Positions 26,335-35,242 are shown, numbered from the stretch's first letter. The stretch: 64,000 nt of DNA from a virus (IMGVR_UViG_3300014205_000004:32001-96000); one strand, 5' to 3'. The notes: generated by a model from the sequence alone, not told the origin. Numbers and translations are program-made.

Positions 26335-27009
26335 ATGGCAGACTTCAACACGACCAACGTTCCGGTCACTGCGCTGTACCTTGCTGCAGACGCCGACGAA
26401 TCCGACATCCGAACCTTCGCGACCAATGACGGTGTCGACATCGTCGACATCTACGGTCAGGCCCTTCCGGGCATCTCGTACGTCTCGGGCCCCGAGGGCC
26501 GGCGCTATCCCCTGGAGCGCGGCCAGTACGTCGTCACGTATGCCGACGGCACTCGCAAGGCGTTCTGGCCTTCCGAAATGCAGGCCCTGTACGACCAGGC
26601 CGTCACCTGCGCTGTCACCGGTTCGTTCCTGACCACGCCGACCGAGGCCGAAGTCGTCACCGGGGGCCAGCAGGTTATCCTCACCCTCACCGGTGCGAAG
26701 TGGGCCCCGGCCGACGACCCGGTGGCCGCTCCCACCGTGTTCCCGACCGCGGTAGCCACGGCCATCCGCAACGGCATGGACTCCGACGGTGCTGCGGCCG
26801 GCGGATGGGACGCCAAGGTCAAGGCCGTCATGGCTGTCGGCAACGTCGTCCGCACCAATGACACCGTCGTGACGATCACGCTCCCGGCCACCGCCGATTA
26901 CGTGATTGCCGCGAACGAAACCATCACCGTGACCGTCCCGGCCTTGGCCATTGACGGCGGTATCGACGCTGTTGTCGCCGCGCCGACGTTCACCATCGTC
27001 AACGCCTAA
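26335..27009 (+). CDS. putative virion structural / Ig-like beta protein
   Basis: Thr/Ala/Val-rich, optimal codons, own TATACT -10, GGAG RBS and terminator. Confidence 0.65.
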   Translation: MADFNTTNVPVTALYLAADADESDIRTFATNDGVDIVDIYGQALPGISYVSGPEGRRYPLERGQYVVTYADGTRKAFWPSEMQALYDQAVTCAVTGSFLTTPTEAEVVTGGQQVILTLTGAKWAPADDPVAAPTVFPTAVATAIRNGMDSDGAAAGGWDAKVKAVMAVGNVVRTNDTVVTITLPATADYVIAANETITVTVPALAIDGGIDAVVAAPTFTIVNA

Positions 27010-27031
27010 AGCCACCCTCCTGGCCCAAACC

Positions 27032-27063
27032 AAAGCCCCGATCGCACTGCGGTCGGGGCTTTG
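27032..27063 (+). terminator. intrinsic terminator
   Basis: aaagccccgatcgc-act-gcggtcggggcttt. Confidence 0.8.
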
Positions 27064-27133
27064 CTATTTGTAGACTTGTCGCCTAGACTGAGTACTGAAC
27101 TGAAGCATTCGCGTTAAGCGAACTGGAGCTACC

Positions 27134-27487
27134 ATGTTGACCACCAGCGATCTCAAGAACGCAACAATCGCGCTCTGGCTCGGATACGAGCTGGCGCACA
27201 CCCCAACCTTTGACTGCAGCGGTTGGGTGGACTCCCGCGGCAAGGACTGTGGCGTGCCCGTCGGGTTCGGCCACGACCCTGTCGCCTTCCAGACCCTTGT
27301 GGACCGCGCCGCGGCCGACGGGCGGAGCATCGAGATCTCGTTTGACCCGCTCGTAGAGGCGTCCGACAGCCCCTGGTCCTGCATCATCTCTGACCCAGAC
27401 CCGGACGAACCCACCCTTCTCGGGTACGGGATTTCCGAGACGATGATGGCTGCGTTTCGCGACAGCTTCCTCAGCATGATTGGCTGA
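27134..27487 (+). CDS. acidic hypothetical protein
   Basis: GGAG RBS; 117 aa. Confidence 0.7.
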   Translation: MLTTSDLKNATIALWLGYELAHTPTFDCSGWVDSRGKDCGVPVGFGHDPVAFQTLVDRAAADGRSIEISFDPLVEASDSPWSCIISDPDPDEPTLLGYGISETMMAAFRDSFLSMIG

Positions 27488-27577
27488 AAAGGGCCGCGGA
27501 TGACCGCTGGGCCCACAATGCGCGTTTAGGCGGGCTGACGGGTGTTGTAGAGTGTTCTAGCGCATGCTTCGAAGCTC

Positions 27578-27606
27578 TTGACAGCCTACTAACTGAAGGA
27601 CAAACT
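27578..27606 (+). promoter_or_regulatory. sigma-70-type promoter, likely near-leaderless transcript
   Basis: TTGACA-17 nt-CAAACT; ATG 8 nt later with no RBS. Confidence 0.6.
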
Positions 27607-27614
27607 GAGTACAG

Positions 27615-27836
27615 ATGATCACCTTCTCCATCAACTCCGTCATCGTCAACTCCGACTTTGCAACCGTCGACCCGATCAGCTACCACCTGGCGATGATCGA
27701 GTCCTGGTTGGATTCGGTGGAGACCATTGCTCCGAGCCTCGTCCAGGAGCTCGCGGACCGGTTGCGTAAGGCCGAGCACAAGTTGCTCGACCTCGGTTCG
27801 CATGTTGCTCCGGAGGAGGTGGTTGCCGCGGCCTGA
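27615..27836 (+). CDS. hypothetical protein
   Basis: 73 aa between promoter and terminator. Confidence 0.7.
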   Translation: MITFSINSVIVNSDFATVDPISYHLAMIESWLDSVETIAPSLVQELADRLRKAEHKLLDLGSHVAPEEVVAAA

Positions 27837-27894
27837 TCGTTCACAGGCCGACGCGCCGGCAACCACCTGAGTCCCCGCTCTTCGGGGACGAGCT

Positions 27895-27929
27895 GAAAGG
27901 CCCCGTGTGACTCCTTCACGGGGCCTTTC
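27895..27929 (+). terminator. intrinsic terminator
   Basis: gaaaggccccgtg...cacggggcctttc. Confidence 0.7.
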
Positions 27930-28143
27930 GCTTGCCCGCGAATAGGTGAGAGTAGTCACTAAATGTAACGTGATGCGCGTCAATGCTTGTTAGGTGTGAG
28001 CGTATAGGCTACAGTTGAGTCATCTTAGAAGTACTCAAGGAGTCATATGCTTCACTTTGCGGTCGGTTTCGTCATTGGAGTAGCCCTGGTGTGGGTCCTC
28101 AAGGACGAGATCCTCTACGAAATCAACCTCTGGAAGGTCCGAC

Positions 28144-28590
28144 ATGACGAAAACTGACCCGATTACAGCGCTTTGGGGCCCGGATCCGGTCCTTTTCGTC
28201 GATTGCGACGACACCCTCATCCAGTGGCGTGGAGACCCAAATACGCCCCATCCGTTCGGTACCGGGGCCCTCGTAGACCCCCAAACCGAGCGCCCCATGT
28301 GGGATTGGAACCATCACGTCGTCAAGCTCGTCAACGAATGGCCAGGCCATGTCGTGGTCTGGTCCGGTGGCGGGACAACCTACGCGACCGGGTGGACCCA
28401 GGGGCTCATCGAGTCGCAGGTAGTGACACCGCGGCCAAGCACCGAGGGTTCGTGGCTCCACGTCCTCGACAAGATCCCGTCCATCCCCCGCGCCCAGGAC
28501 ACCGTTATCGAAGACGACAACGGCCACTGGGGCTTCGAGGTCGGGAACGTCATCCATCCTCGCAACCTCCCGGAGGTCGAAGTTGTCTGA
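28144..28590 (+). CDS. HAD-superfamily phosphatase-like protein
   Basis: FVDCDDTL motif I, VWSGGG motif II, IEDD motif IV. Confidence 0.7.
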   Translation: MTKTDPITALWGPDPVLFVDCDDTLIQWRGDPNTPHPFGTGALVDPQTERPMWDWNHHVVKLVNEWPGHVVVWSGGGTTYATGWTQGLIESQVVTPRPSTEGSWLHVLDKIPSIPRAQDTVIEDDNGHWGFEVGNVIHPRNLPEVEVV

Positions 28591-28849
28591 ACTCTTCATC
28601 TTCGTCATGGGGTGCTGGTTCATGGTCAACATCCTGGTTTGGTTCCGGGCGTTCTTCCCGGACCAGTTCGCCAAGCTGTTTGGTCTCGGTACGGCACGCT
28701 GCTGCCTCGCACCCGAGTACCGCGGTGACCAGCGTCCCATCGCCATGCATTCGAATTACGCCGCGATGTCCAGGGAGTGTATTGCCCCTTGCTGCGACCC
28801 CGACGGGTCAGCAGCGCGCAAAGCAATCGCAGCCGGGAAGGCAGAGTAG
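28583..28849 (+). CDS. membrane-anchored hypothetical protein
   Basis: N-terminal TM segment; GGAGG RBS. Confidence 0.55.
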   Translation: MSELFIFVMGCWFMVNILVWFRAFFPDQFAKLFGLGTARCCLAPEYRGDQRPIAMHSNYAAMSRECIAPCCDPDGSAARKAIAAGKAE

Positions 28850-28851
28850 CG

Positions 28852-29307
28852 ATGCTCTTCAAATACCGTGTCCCCGGCGTTGCCGGCGATAACACTGCCG
28901 ACTACTGGGCGAATGCCATATGGGCGGAGCACAACCGGGAGCGTCGCGCTCTCGGCATCCCTCCTCTCACCCGCAGCCCGCTCCTGGACCAGGTAGCGGC
29001 CATTCGTGACGACGACCTCGTCAACGAGGGCTACTTCTCCCACAACGACCCAAACAACAACCCCGGCAACTACCAGTCGGTCGCGGTCCAGCAGGGCCTC
29101 GCGGTCTGGGGTTGGCTCGGGGAAAACCTTGCCATGAACAACTACAAGAACCCTCTGGCAGAGGCGTGGCGTGGACTCATGGCAAGCCCGACTCACCGCG
29201 ACAACATCCTCACTCGTGACTTCACTCACCTGGGTGTGGCCGCGCGTATCCGCCCGGACGGGCTCTATGTCTTCGTCCTCATCTACGCGTCGAGTGACCA
29301 GCTGTGA
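28852..29307 (+). CDS. CAP/SCP domain protein
   Basis: NRERRALG...L...YFSH...GENLA...LMASPTHRDNIL...LGVA. Confidence 0.9.
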   Translation: MLFKYRVPGVAGDNTADYWANAIWAEHNRERRALGIPPLTRSPLLDQVAAIRDDDLVNEGYFSHNDPNNNPGNYQSVAVQQGLAVWGWLGENLAMNNYKNPLAEAWRGLMASPTHRDNILTRDFTHLGVAARIRPDGLYVFVLIYASSDQL

Positions 29308-29498
29308 CCCTGATAGACGCCAGGAAGCTGGTCATCGAAGCCCTTGTCGAGGAGCGGCAGCTGCTCGAAGAGGCCGGCATACCGCCCTCCTACAGGGAGG
29401 ATGTCTCACTCATGCAAGAACTCTGTCTGGATGACGAGGAAATCCTGGAGGCAGTCGTGAAGCTCGTGCTCGCAGACCTGGGGGTACGTCCGGACTGA
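29304..29498 (+). CDS. hypothetical protein
   Basis: Coupled to neighbours. Confidence 0.65.
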   Translation: MTLIDARKLVIEALVEERQLLEEAGIPPSYREDVSLMQELCLDDEEILEAVVKLVLADLGVRPD

Positions 29499-29791
29499 TG
29501 GAACGCTACAGCAAAAACAACGCCTGCCCGAAGTGCTCATACGGACCCAGCCCGCGCCTGCCAATCACAACAACCTACCACTTCAATCGGTGCCAGCTGG
29601 TGCCAGACGACGACATCGTGGAGCACTTCGACCGGCAGTGCCCACGGTGTAGCTACCTGTGGGCGGAACAAACGTTGAGTACGCCGAGGAACTGGCTCGA
29701 ACGGCACGTCGTGGTCACGACAGAGCTGGCGTTCGCGCTCGGTGGGGTTGCCGGAGGCGTCGTCTTCTTTCTTACGGAGGGATCATTGTGA
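29498..29791 (+). CDS. zinc-ribbon protein with C-terminal TM segment
   Basis: CPKC...CPRC. Confidence 0.65.
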   Translation: MERYSKNNACPKCSYGPSPRLPITTTYHFNRCQLVPDDDIVEHFDRQCPRCSYLWAEQTLSTPRNWLERHVVVTTELAFALGGVAGGVVFFLTEGSL

Positions 29792-30714
29792 AACGCATCC
29801 TCGCTCTCTCGCCCGACCTCAGCATCAAGGGCTTCGTCAACATCCGGCCGGACGCGCAGTTCACCTTCCCTGGTGGCGAGCGCCACGTGGACATCAGCAG
29901 CTACCTGCCGTCCGGGTCACCCGCGCGGCTGAAAGCGTACGTGTCCTCTCGCCTGGAGACGTCTGACGACCTCATGGACCTGCTCCTGGCTGTCGACGCC
30001 CTCCAGCGCCGGTACGTCGGTATCCGGATCGCTGCGTACCTTCCGTACATCCCCTACGGAAGGCAGGACCGCTACCAGGAAATAGGTACGCCGTTCAGCC
30101 TCGCCGTAGCGGCCCAACTCATCAACTCCTGCAACTTCGCGTCGGTGCACACCCTTGACCCGCACTCCAGGGTCACAAGGGAACTCATCAAGAACCTGCG
30201 CGTAATGCCGATCGATCCCTTCTACATGTTGGCGATCGACAACCTCAGCTATGAGTGGGACGAGAGCAAGGGCATCTACATCTTCAACGAAGATGTCCCG
30301 GTTTTCGTCGCTCCGGATGAAGGCGCTGCAACGAAGCTGCCACCAAGGTACCTCGTTGACGACGGCGAGGACTGCTCGGTCATCTACGCCAAGAAGACGC
30401 GTGACCCGCTATCCGGAATGGTAACGCCTCGCCTCGACGACCTGGTCTGGACGTACGGCAGCACCCGGCCAGCACTCATCATCGACGACATCTGCGACGG
30501 TGGGGCGAGCTTCACCACACTCGCCAGGGCACTCAAAGCCGCGGGCGCACCCAGGGTGTACCTGTTTGTCACCCACGGGATCTTCTCGAAGGGGCTCCAG
30601 CCTCTGCGTGACGCCGGTATTGACCGCGTCTTCACGACCAACTCCCGGAGCTTCGTGCCTTCGACAGACGAAGACCAAAAGTTCCTCAGCATCTACCGAA
30701 TAGCGAAGGGGTAA
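29788..30714 (+). CDS. prs: PRPP synthetase-like enzyme (probable NARP1 Adps)
   Basis: FPGGERHV, PYIPYGRQDR, DPHS, APDEGA, IIDDICDGGASF, VTHGIFSKG. Confidence 0.92.
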   Translation: MKRILALSPDLSIKGFVNIRPDAQFTFPGGERHVDISSYLPSGSPARLKAYVSSRLETSDDLMDLLLAVDALQRRYVGIRIAAYLPYIPYGRQDRYQEIGTPFSLAVAAQLINSCNFASVHTLDPHSRVTRELIKNLRVMPIDPFYMLAIDNLSYEWDESKGIYIFNEDVPVFVAPDEGAATKLPPRYLVDDGEDCSVIYAKKTRDPLSGMVTPRLDDLVWTYGSTRPALIIDDICDGGASFTTLARALKAAGAPRVYLFVTHGIFSKGLQPLRDAGIDRVFTTNSRSFVPSTDEDQKFLSIYRIAKG

Positions 30715-30716
30715 CA

Positions 30717-32177
30717 GTGACCACCCAACGAAACGTCCTGGAGTGTACCGACGTCTACAAGCTCGGACACCTCCTGCAGTACCCGGAAGGTACCGACTAC
30801 ATCTACTCCTACCTGCAGGCGCGTACGGACAAGAAGTTGCCCGAGACCGTCTTCTTCGGGCTTCAGTACTACCTCACGGAGTACCTCGCGAAGCGGATCA
30901 GCCACTTCGACGTGGACAAGCTCGTGCAGATCCATGAAGTCATCCTCGGCCCGGTGCGCCCGGCGATGCTCGACAAGCTCTACGCTCTGGCGAACCTCGG
31001 GTACTGGCCGATCTCCATCAAGGCCGTACCTGAAGGCACCGTCGTGCCCGTCCAGAACGTCCTCATGACCATCACCAACACCGTCCCTGGCTTCGGCTGG
31101 TGCGTCGGGTTCCTCGAAAGCCTTCTCCTGAAGGTCTGGAACACGATCACCGTGGCCTCGTACTCGCTCCGGCTCCGCCGGCTCGTCAACGCCTTTGCCG
31201 AAGCAACGTGCGACGACTTCAGCCACCTTCCCTTCCAGGTCCATGACTTCGGCTACCGCGGCGTGTCCTCCGAGGAGACCGCCGAGTTGGCCGGCGCTGC
31301 GCACCTGCTCAACTTCTACGGCAGTGATACGGTCCCGGCCGTGCGCATGCTGATGAAGTACTACGACGCGCACTTCCCGATTGCGCTGAGCGTGCCGGCC
31401 ACCGAGCACTCGGTCATGTGCTCGACCGGGCCCGGCGGCGAGTTCGACGCATTCGAACGCCTCATGTTCCGCACGTACCCGGACGGCATCGTCTCGATCG
31501 TATCGGACACCTACGACCTCTGGCGCGTCCTCACCCAGTACGTGCCGCGGCTCGGGCGCAGGATTCTCCAGCGCAACGGCAAGGTCGTGTTCCGGCCCGA
31601 CAGCGGTGACCCGGTGAAGGTGATCTGCGGTGACCCGACCGCGGCACCGGGAACGCCGCAACATCGTGGCGCACTGAACATCCTCTGGGACACGTTTGGT
31701 GGGACCGTCAACAGCAAAGGCTACCGTGTCCTCGATCCGCACGTCGGCCTCATCTACGGCGACGGCTTCTTCTTCGAACGGTTCGAAGAGGTCCTGGGCC
31801 AGATGAAGGCGAACGGCTTCGCCAGTTCGAACCTGGTGGTCGGTATCGGCGGTCTCCTGCTCCAGGCGCACACGCGCGACGAGCTCGGGTTCGCCATCAA
31901 GGCTACGTTCGCTGTCATCGACGGCGAGCCGGTCGAACTCTTCAAGGACCCGGTCACCGACTCCAAGAAGCGGTCTCACAAGGGCCGGCTGGCGCTTCAC
32001 CTCGAAGACGGTGAGTGGGTGACCAAGCAGGGCGTGTCCGAGAGCGAAGAGAAGAACGGCCATCTGGTCGAGGTCTACCGAGACGGATGGATCCGTAAGC
32101 TGCAGTCCCTCGATGAGATCCGTAGCCGCATCGACGTTTCTACCGGTCTGCGGCCGCTCGAACTGGTGGCAGCATGA
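30717..32177 (+). CDS. nadV: nicotinamide phosphoribosyltransferase-like enzyme (probable NARP1 Namat)
   Basis: TDVYKLGH, FFGLQY, HDFGYRG, PATEHSVM, VSDTYD, RPDSGDP, IYGDG, KDPVTD. Confidence 0.95.
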   Translation: MTTQRNVLECTDVYKLGHLLQYPEGTDYIYSYLQARTDKKLPETVFFGLQYYLTEYLAKRISHFDVDKLVQIHEVILGPVRPAMLDKLYALANLGYWPISIKAVPEGTVVPVQNVLMTITNTVPGFGWCVGFLESLLLKVWNTITVASYSLRLRRLVNAFAEATCDDFSHLPFQVHDFGYRGVSSEETAELAGAAHLLNFYGSDTVPAVRMLMKYYDAHFPIALSVPATEHSVMCSTGPGGEFDAFERLMFRTYPDGIVSIVSDTYDLWRVLTQYVPRLGRRILQRNGKVVFRPDSGDPVKVICGDPTAAPGTPQHRGALNILWDTFGGTVNSKGYRVLDPHVGLIYGDGFFFERFEEVLGQMKANGFASSNLVVGIGGLLLQAHTRDELGFAIKATFAVIDGEPVELFKDPVTDSKKRSHKGRLALHLEDGEWVTKQGVSESEEKNGHLVEVYRDGWIRKLQSLDEIRSRIDVSTGLRPLELVAA

Positions 32178-32515
32178 ACGACCAACTGCTTCACAAGCGT
32201 CAGAACATCCAGTGGCTCCTCAATGCGGAGCGTCTGCGCCAGCTGGACCTTCAGCGTGAGGGCCGGTTCCAGTACACCTGCTCCGACCCGGAACTCTCTC
32301 CGGCCGAGCGCCTCGCGGTCCTCACAGAGGAGGTCGGCGAGGTAGCTCGACACGTCAACGACCACACCGACCACAGTGTCGACTGTCAGTCCGAGCTCAT
32401 CCAGGTCGCGGCAGTTTGCCTGGCTTGGCTGGAGTCGTACAACAACTACGAACGTCAGGACCATGGCCGTGTGTCGCTTTCCGACTACGGCAAGATCAAC
32501 GATCAGCGCACGTAG
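32174..32515 (+). CDS. mazG: MazG-like all-alpha NTP pyrophosphohydrolase
   Basis: LAVLTEEVGEVAR...ELIQVAAVCLAWLE. Confidence 0.8.
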   Translation: MNDQLLHKRQNIQWLLNAERLRQLDLQREGRFQYTCSDPELSPAERLAVLTEEVGEVARHVNDHTDHSVDCQSELIQVAAVCLAWLESYNNYERQDHGRVSLSDYGKINDQRT

Positions 32516-32537
32516 TAAACTACGTACGTAGACACGG

Positions 32538-32616
32538 CCGCATGTAGTTCAGGTAGTGATGAACGCCGGGGGTTCAGACCCGGATGTCGCTGGGGCAGGT
32601 CCAGTCATGCGGTCCA
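32538..32616 (+). tRNA. atypical tRNA-like RNA with TCA-containing anticodon loop and encoded CCA
   Basis: Acceptor CCGCATG/CATGCGG + T + CCA; D stem GTTC/GAAC; anticodon stem CCGGG/CCCGG with 8-nt loop GGTTCAGA; variable loop ATGTC; T stem GCTGG/CCAGT with non-canonical loop GGCAGGT. Confidence 0.75.
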
Positions 32617-32619
32617 TAT

Positions 32620-32683
32620 GGAGAACACAGATGCGTCCTCGCTGAATACAACCTTAGCCGCTCACCCCCGGTAGCGAGTCTTC
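32620..32683 (+). ncRNA. candidate structured RNA or leader
   Basis: Nested pairings GGAGA/TCTTC, CTCGCT/AGCGAG, GCCG/CGGT around GAATACAACCTT. Confidence 0.4.
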
Positions 32684-32727
32684 GCACGAATCGACAACAA
32701 CTCGACAGCAACATCAGGAGACCAAGG

Positions 32728-33189
32728 GTGTCTAACTCAGGACTTGACCACATCAGGGTCAAAATCATCAATCAGGGCGACGAAGCCCGCACGATCGCCG
32801 CGCAGGAACGCCGGCTCGCCAAGAAGCTCAAGCGCGCTCGCGAGCGTGCAGTCCCCATGGAGCACATCTGCGACCTGGAGGGTCGCATCACGTCACTGCG
32901 GAACCACCGGCGCATGCCTCTCCGCAGCGACACGCGCGCCGCAAACGTCGCGTACGCGTACCTCCGCAACAAGGCCTACCGCCAGGTGGAGCAGTCCGCA
33001 ATCACGTCGCCGGACTGGGACAAGGCCAAGGCCATGGTCGTCCGGTTCTCGGGCTACATGAACGCCGACATGAAGGCATGGAAGATGATGGACTTCGAGC
33101 AGTGGGCGAAGACGGGCGTCGAGACGCCGCGGTACTGCGCTCCCCCGAAGCCCAAGAAGCCTTATGTGCGGGAAACCGCCGCGGCCTGA
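32728..33189 (+). CDS. basic helical protein of unknown function
   Basis: AGGAG RBS, GTG start; RVKI...EARTI...HRR..LR...RAA..AY.YLR..PDW. Confidence 0.8.
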   Translation: MSNSGLDHIRVKIINQGDEARTIAAQERRLAKKLKRARERAVPMEHICDLEGRITSLRNHRRMPLRSDTRAANVAYAYLRNKAYRQVEQSAITSPDWDKAKAMVVRFSGYMNADMKAWKMMDFEQWAKTGVETPRYCAPPKPKKPYVRETAAA

Positions 33190-33207
33190 CACGCAGCGAC
33201 GAAACGT

Positions 33208-33238
33208 AAAAGCCGGGACCATGTGGCCCCGGCTTTTT
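33208..33238. terminator. bidirectional terminator
   Basis: aaaagccggg...cccggcttttt between convergent genes. Confidence 0.8.
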
Positions 33239-33537
33239 CACGTACCTGCGAGTGGCTTTCGTTTCACTTTGCGGACGTGTAGCCCGGCAGAATCTTTGAC
33301 GAGGTCGATGTCTACGCGATGTTCGCTGGACAGAGCATGAACGAACCTTCGAAGGGCGTACTCAGTCACCCCTGGTGGTGCACGGAATGTCTCTTGCACT
33401 GCACTGGCGTCCAGGAAGAACGCGGCGATGGTCTCCCGGATCTCTGCTGGTAGGGGCCTTCCGCCCTGGCTGCTGAATTGCTTTCGTATCTCAGGGGGCA
33501 CGTACACGGAGTCAAGCTCGCGCCAGGAATCATCCAC
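33238..33537 (-). CDS. hypothetical protein (lone minus-strand gene in the right arm)
   Basis: MDDSWRELDS...; ends at the bidirectional terminator. Confidence 0.6.
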   Translation of the reverse strand: MDDSWRELDSVYVPPEIRKQFSSQGGRPLPAEIRETIAAFFLDASAVQETFRAPPGVTEYALRRFVHALSSEHRVDIDLVKDSAGLHVRKVKRKPLAGT

Positions 33538-33614
33538 ACGACATAGATACGCACAAAACGTAGGTAAGTCAAGGGAAATCCCTGATAGACACAGGATTGC
33601 CACAGACGCGCGTC

Positions 33615-33643
33615 TTGCGTTCTGAGTATTCCTAACGTAGTCT
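33615..33643 (+). promoter_or_regulatory. sigma-70-type promoter with CTGAGTA in the spacer
   Basis: TTGCGT-17 nt-TAGTCT. Confidence 0.55.
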
Positions 33644-33673
33644 GAATGAAGCCTAACTGAGGATACTTACGCT

Positions 33674-34060
33674 TTGACAGCTGAACGCTTGGAAGCCTCG
33701 GTCATCGCCATCGGCGGGACCTTCCACCACATCGTTCGTGCCATGTACGACGACGAACAGAAGACCCTTCAGGTCATCACCAACACCAAGGACGTCTTGA
33801 ACTACGTCGGCGTCGTCAACCTGCGCCACGGCCAGTACCTGGTCGATGGTGTGCTCCGCTGGGGCATCAACCCGACTGTCGCCTCTGGCGAAGACGTAGC
33901 CCCCGAAGTCGTCGCCGAAGCCATCGCCGACACTGTCGCGGCTGTCGCGGCCGTCGCCGACACTGTCGCGGCCGTCGCCGACACTGTCGCGGCCGTCGCC
34001 GACGCTGGCGAAGCTGCCGAAGACTCGGGGGCGCGCCGTGGCCGACGGAACGCGGAATAG
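33674..34060 (+). CDS. hypothetical protein with ADTVAAV repeats
   Basis: 21-bp tandem repeat at about 33926-34003. Confidence 0.75.
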   Translation: MTAERLEASVIAIGGTFHHIVRAMYDDEQKTLQVITNTKDVLNYVGVVNLRHGQYLVDGVLRWGINPTVASGEDVAPEVVAEAIADTVAAVAAVADTVAAVADTVAAVADAGEAAEDSGARRGRRNAE

Positions 34061-34397
34061 CGACGTCGTCCTAGCGCACCTGAACCAGCGTGCTTACGAC
34101 TGGGACTCAGACGTGCCGGACACCTGGGAGCACGGCGACTACTGGCTGCTGTACGACGCGACGGACGCGTCCGACTACGCGGACGTGATCGGCATCATGG
34201 CGGTGTGCCCCTACCAGCTTCATCCGCATCAGCACGCATTCCTCTTCCGCGACATTGGCGCAAGCCACGTGGTTGATGGGGAGTTCGAGAACCTCGACGG
34301 ACTCGACGCACGCAAGGACGGTTGCCCCTTCGTTGGGCGAATCGTCAACAGCAAATGGGAAGGTGGCATCCAGTATGGCGGCACAGCCAATTCCTAG
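34038..34397 (+). CDS. hypothetical protein
   Basis: 119 aa. Confidence 0.65.
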   Translation: MADGTRNSDVVLAHLNQRAYDWDSDVPDTWEHGDYWLLYDATDASDYADVIGIMAVCPYQLHPHQHAFLFRDIGASHVVDGEFENLDGLDARKDGCPFVGRIVNSKWEGGIQYGGTANS

Positions 34398-34541
34398 CGG
34401 CATGCGCGTCTGCATGAAGTGCCGCGAGGTCCTCCCCCTCGACTACTACAGGATCGTGACGGACGTGGGTAAGCCCATGTGCCAGTGGTGTGAGGACAAC
34501 CCCAAGAAAAGCAAGCAAGCCGAAGGAGCGCTGCAATCTCG

Positions 34542-35000
34542 ATGGTAACGACGATTTATCTTGCCGGCCCGGTCGCCGGAGAAACCCTCGCTGCGGCTGG
34601 CAACTGGCGACGCACGGTCGCCGCGTATTTGGACGAATGCGGATTCCGCGTGCTTGACCCGCTCCGCGCCAAGTACGACGTCATCGGCCAGGACGGCGGT
34701 CCTCTCAAGGACAGCTACAGCGGCATCCTGGGTTCTGGCTCGAAGGCGATCTTCGAGCGGGACCTTTACGACGTCCGCCAGGCGGACATCGTCCTCGCCA
34801 ACTTCACCGAAGCGAAGAAGGTGTCGATCGGCACGGTCTACGAAGTAGCCGTCGCACACGAGCTCCGCAAGTACGTCGCCGTCTGCATGCGGACAAATGA
34901 CCCCTTCCACGACCACCCCTTCATCCATGAGTCCGCCAGCATCATTGTGCCGGACCTCTGGGATACGGTGTTCCAACTCGTCAAGGAGTTCTCCGCATGA
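34542..35000 (+). CDS. nucleoside 2-deoxyribosyltransferase-like / N-glycosidase protein
   Basis: IYLAGP...VLDP...IFERDLYDVRQADIVLAN...SIGTVYEV. Confidence 0.85.
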   Translation: MVTTIYLAGPVAGETLAAAGNWRRTVAAYLDECGFRVLDPLRAKYDVIGQDGGPLKDSYSGILGSGSKAIFERDLYDVRQADIVLANFTEAKKVSIGTVYEVAVAHELRKYVAVCMRTNDPFHDHPFIHESASIIVPDLWDTVFQLVKEFSA

Positions 35001-35242
35001 GTGTGTGGCTCCAGGCGAACATTTCGCAGAAGCACCTCAACGCATTCCTGACGGTGTACGAGAACATGTACTCGGACGCCCCGGAAGGGTTCTTCAAGAC
35101 CGTCGAGTCTGAGCTCGTGAAGGGCCGCGTGGACCTCGGTTGGCCGCGGCTGAAGGCAGTATGTTTCCGCCTTGGTATCCGGCCCACGTGCCTTGAAGTC
35201 AACGCGTTCGTCCGCGCATCGCAGGATGCGCTAAGTGACTGA
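34997..35242 (+). CDS. hypothetical protein
   Basis: AAGGAG RBS, ATGA overlap. Confidence 0.65.
   Translation: MSVWLQANISQKHLNAFLTVYENMYSDAPEGFFKTVESELVKGRVDLGWPRLKAVCFRLGIRPTCLEVNAFVRASQDALSD

Noticed and set aside
27860-27895. CTGA-GTCCCCG/CGGGGAC-GA hairpin resembling hammerhead stem II
   Set aside because: Lacks the NGA and GAAA core residues
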